Part shown: positions 57,041 through 58,323 of the stretch, piece after piece
How positions within the stretch are numbered: the stretch's first letter is position 1
Layout: every line of letters begins with the position of its first letter
NCBI GenBank assembly: GCA_020434585.1
Contig: JAGRAN010000079.1
Coordinates: 1 to 58,323 of the forward strand
Direction of reading: 5' to 3'
Length of the DNA: 58,323 nucleotides
Source of the DNA: Bdellovibrionales bacterium
GTDB taxonomy: Bacteria > Bdellovibrionota_C > UBA2361 > SZUA-149 > JAGRAN01
Notes under the pieces: generated by a model
The model's database searches: none
What the model was told of the DNA's origin: nothing
What the model saw: only the letters and a program-made list of their open reading frames with translations
Position numbers and translations under genes: made by a program

Positions 57041-58323
57041 ATGGCTGGCAGTATATCATTTCCAGGGATTGGAAGCGGCATCGATGGTTCATCGATCGCG
57101 CAGGCGCTGTTTGATCAGCTCACCCTCCAAAACGCTCCCAGACAAAATCAGATTGAAGCGCTGCAAAGTGAGAATTCCGCGCTGGATCAGCTTAACACGC
57201 TGCTTCTCGGTGTAGCGGACGCGATTGATCCTTTCAGAACTATCAACGGCGGAGGCAGCGTAAAAGGTGCTTCGACATCAAACAAGGATGTAGCGACAGC
57301 GACGGCAGGCAGCAATGCCGAAACCGGTTCTTTTGACATTTCTGTTAAGCAGCTGGCTGATAACGCTTCGGGGTCATTTGCCACTAGTTTCAAATCCGGA
57401 TCAGATTTCATTGTAAGCGGAGCCGCAAATACTGGTGACGTAACATTTACGGTCGGTGAAGGCGACGATGCACAGCAATTCACTGTCAGCGTCGACGAGC
57501 TCACAACGGCTGAGGATTTCGTCGACGAAGTTAACGCCAAAAGCGGCGGAAGCGTCTCAGCCGCACTAGTCAACACGGGGACGAACTCTGACCCTAGCTA
57601 CAAAATAACTTTTCAAACCACACAATCCGGAACGGAAAATGGCTCGTTAAGCGTTAGCGCGAGCGATGGGCTAGGCGCCGACCTCGGCACAGCAACAATC
57701 GATCAAGCAAGCAATGCAATTTTCGAGATCGAGGGCATCAGTGGTCAGATAGAGCGTTCCAGCAACAACATCGATGACGTAATATCAGGTGTAAGTTTTC
57801 AACTTCAGGGCACCGGAACTGCTACTATTTCAATCAAGGAAGATGCCGGCTCCGCAGCAGACCAACTTGAGGCTTTTGTCTCAGCGTTTAATTCGCTCGT
57901 CGAGTTTGCAAACAAGGAGGACGCCGTTGAAGTTACCCAGCAAAACGGCGAAACAGTAAATATTGCAGGTGCGCTTGCGGGAACAAATATCGACGACAGC
58001 GCACTAAGCGCAATTCGCAGCGCAATTTCCTCAGCAGTTTCCGGCGACGGAAGCACGTCGCTAGCGTCATTGGGAGTTTCAACGAATCAGGACGGAACTC
58101 TAAGTTTCGACCGAGACGCTTTCGAAGCTAAGTTTAATCAGAATCCCGACTCCGCGGCTCAGGCACTTACCAGCCTCGCAGACCAGTTAGGCGGAGCAAC
58201 GGGTTCCATCCAGCAGTTCACCGGTTTCGGCAAGCTGATTGATGGTGCGCAGGATGCCAATAACGGCGAAATGCAAAACCTGCAGGACACGATTTCAAAG
58301 GTCGAGCGCAGTGCAACCTCACG
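57041..58323 (+). CDS. fliD: FliD paralogue, copy 2 (3' end beyond the window)
   Basis: I translated it by hand from the ATG at 57041: MAGSISFPGIGSGIDGSSIAQALFDQLTLQNAPRQNQIEALQSENSALDQL ... NAIFEIEGISGQIERSSNNIDDVISGVSFQLQG ... It is open to the last base and absent from the ORF track because no stop is reached. Confidence 0.85.
   Translation, partial: MAGSISFPGIGSGIDGSSIAQALFDQLTLQNAPRQNQIEALQSENSALDQLNTLLLGVADAIDPFRTINGGGSVKGASTSNKDVATATAGSNAETGSFDISVKQLADNASGSFATSFKSGSDFIVSGAANTGDVTFTVGEGDDAQQFTVSVDELTTAEDFVDEVNAKSGGSVSAALVNTGTNSDPSYKITFQTTQSGTENGSLSVSASDGLGADLGTATIDQASNAIFEIEGISGQIERSSNNIDDVISGVSFQLQGTGTATISIKEDAGSAADQLEAFVSAFNSLVEFANKEDAVEVTQQNGETVNIAGALAGTNIDDSALSAIRSAISSAVSGDGSTSLASLGVSTNQDGTLSFDRDAFEAKFNQNPDSAAQALTSLADQLGGATGSIQQFTGFGKLIDGAQDANNGEMQNLQDTISKVERSATS

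Overview
This is a 58.3-kb chromosomal window from a Gram-negative bacterium that has sigma-54, a flagellum and pili. Background GC is moderate: hand-sampled stretches are roughly 40-52%. I saw no rRNA, tRNA, CRISPR array, transposase or integrase.

Core region (about 18.6-58.3 kb) is conserved housekeeping. In order it holds HiPIP, leuS, an lptE-like gene, rpsT, mazG, and pilU-pilT preceded by two Flp-type pilin genes. Then come mfd, a SurA-like chaperone, a phosphohexomutase, and a lysine-to-aminoadipate module (lat, ALDH7-type pcd, class-V aminotransferase). These are followed by pcnB, pyrG-kdsA-lptC-lptA-lptB-rpoN-hpf-rapZ, metK, a TIMP/NTR-like secreted protein, a fadB-type enzyme, rsmI, an amgK/murU-like pair, and flaG. 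Two tandem fliD paralogues close the window; the second runs off the right edge.

Accessory region (1-18.3 kb) looks mosaic. It holds two paralogous four-gene minor-pilin/pseudopilin operons (FimU/GspH-like, PilV/GspI-like, PilW/GspJ-like, and a 600-aa PilX/GspK-like protein). Neither operon has a major pilin, PilY1, ATPase or secretin. One PilV-like copy carries a ~55-residue polyserine tail. The operons are interleaved with secreted proteins of unknown function, a TerB-like/AIM24 fusion and an M50B-like membrane protein. Three strongly high-GC3 coding segments also sit among them: the edge ORF 1-119, a citrate-synthase-family gene at 4112-5455, and a class I/II aminotransferase at 10662-11906. 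These look horizontally acquired or chimeric.

The best candidate for something undescribed is the pair of orphan minor-pilin modules with giant PilX-like proteins and the polyserine pilin. All functional calls are motif-level inferences made by eye, without database searches.
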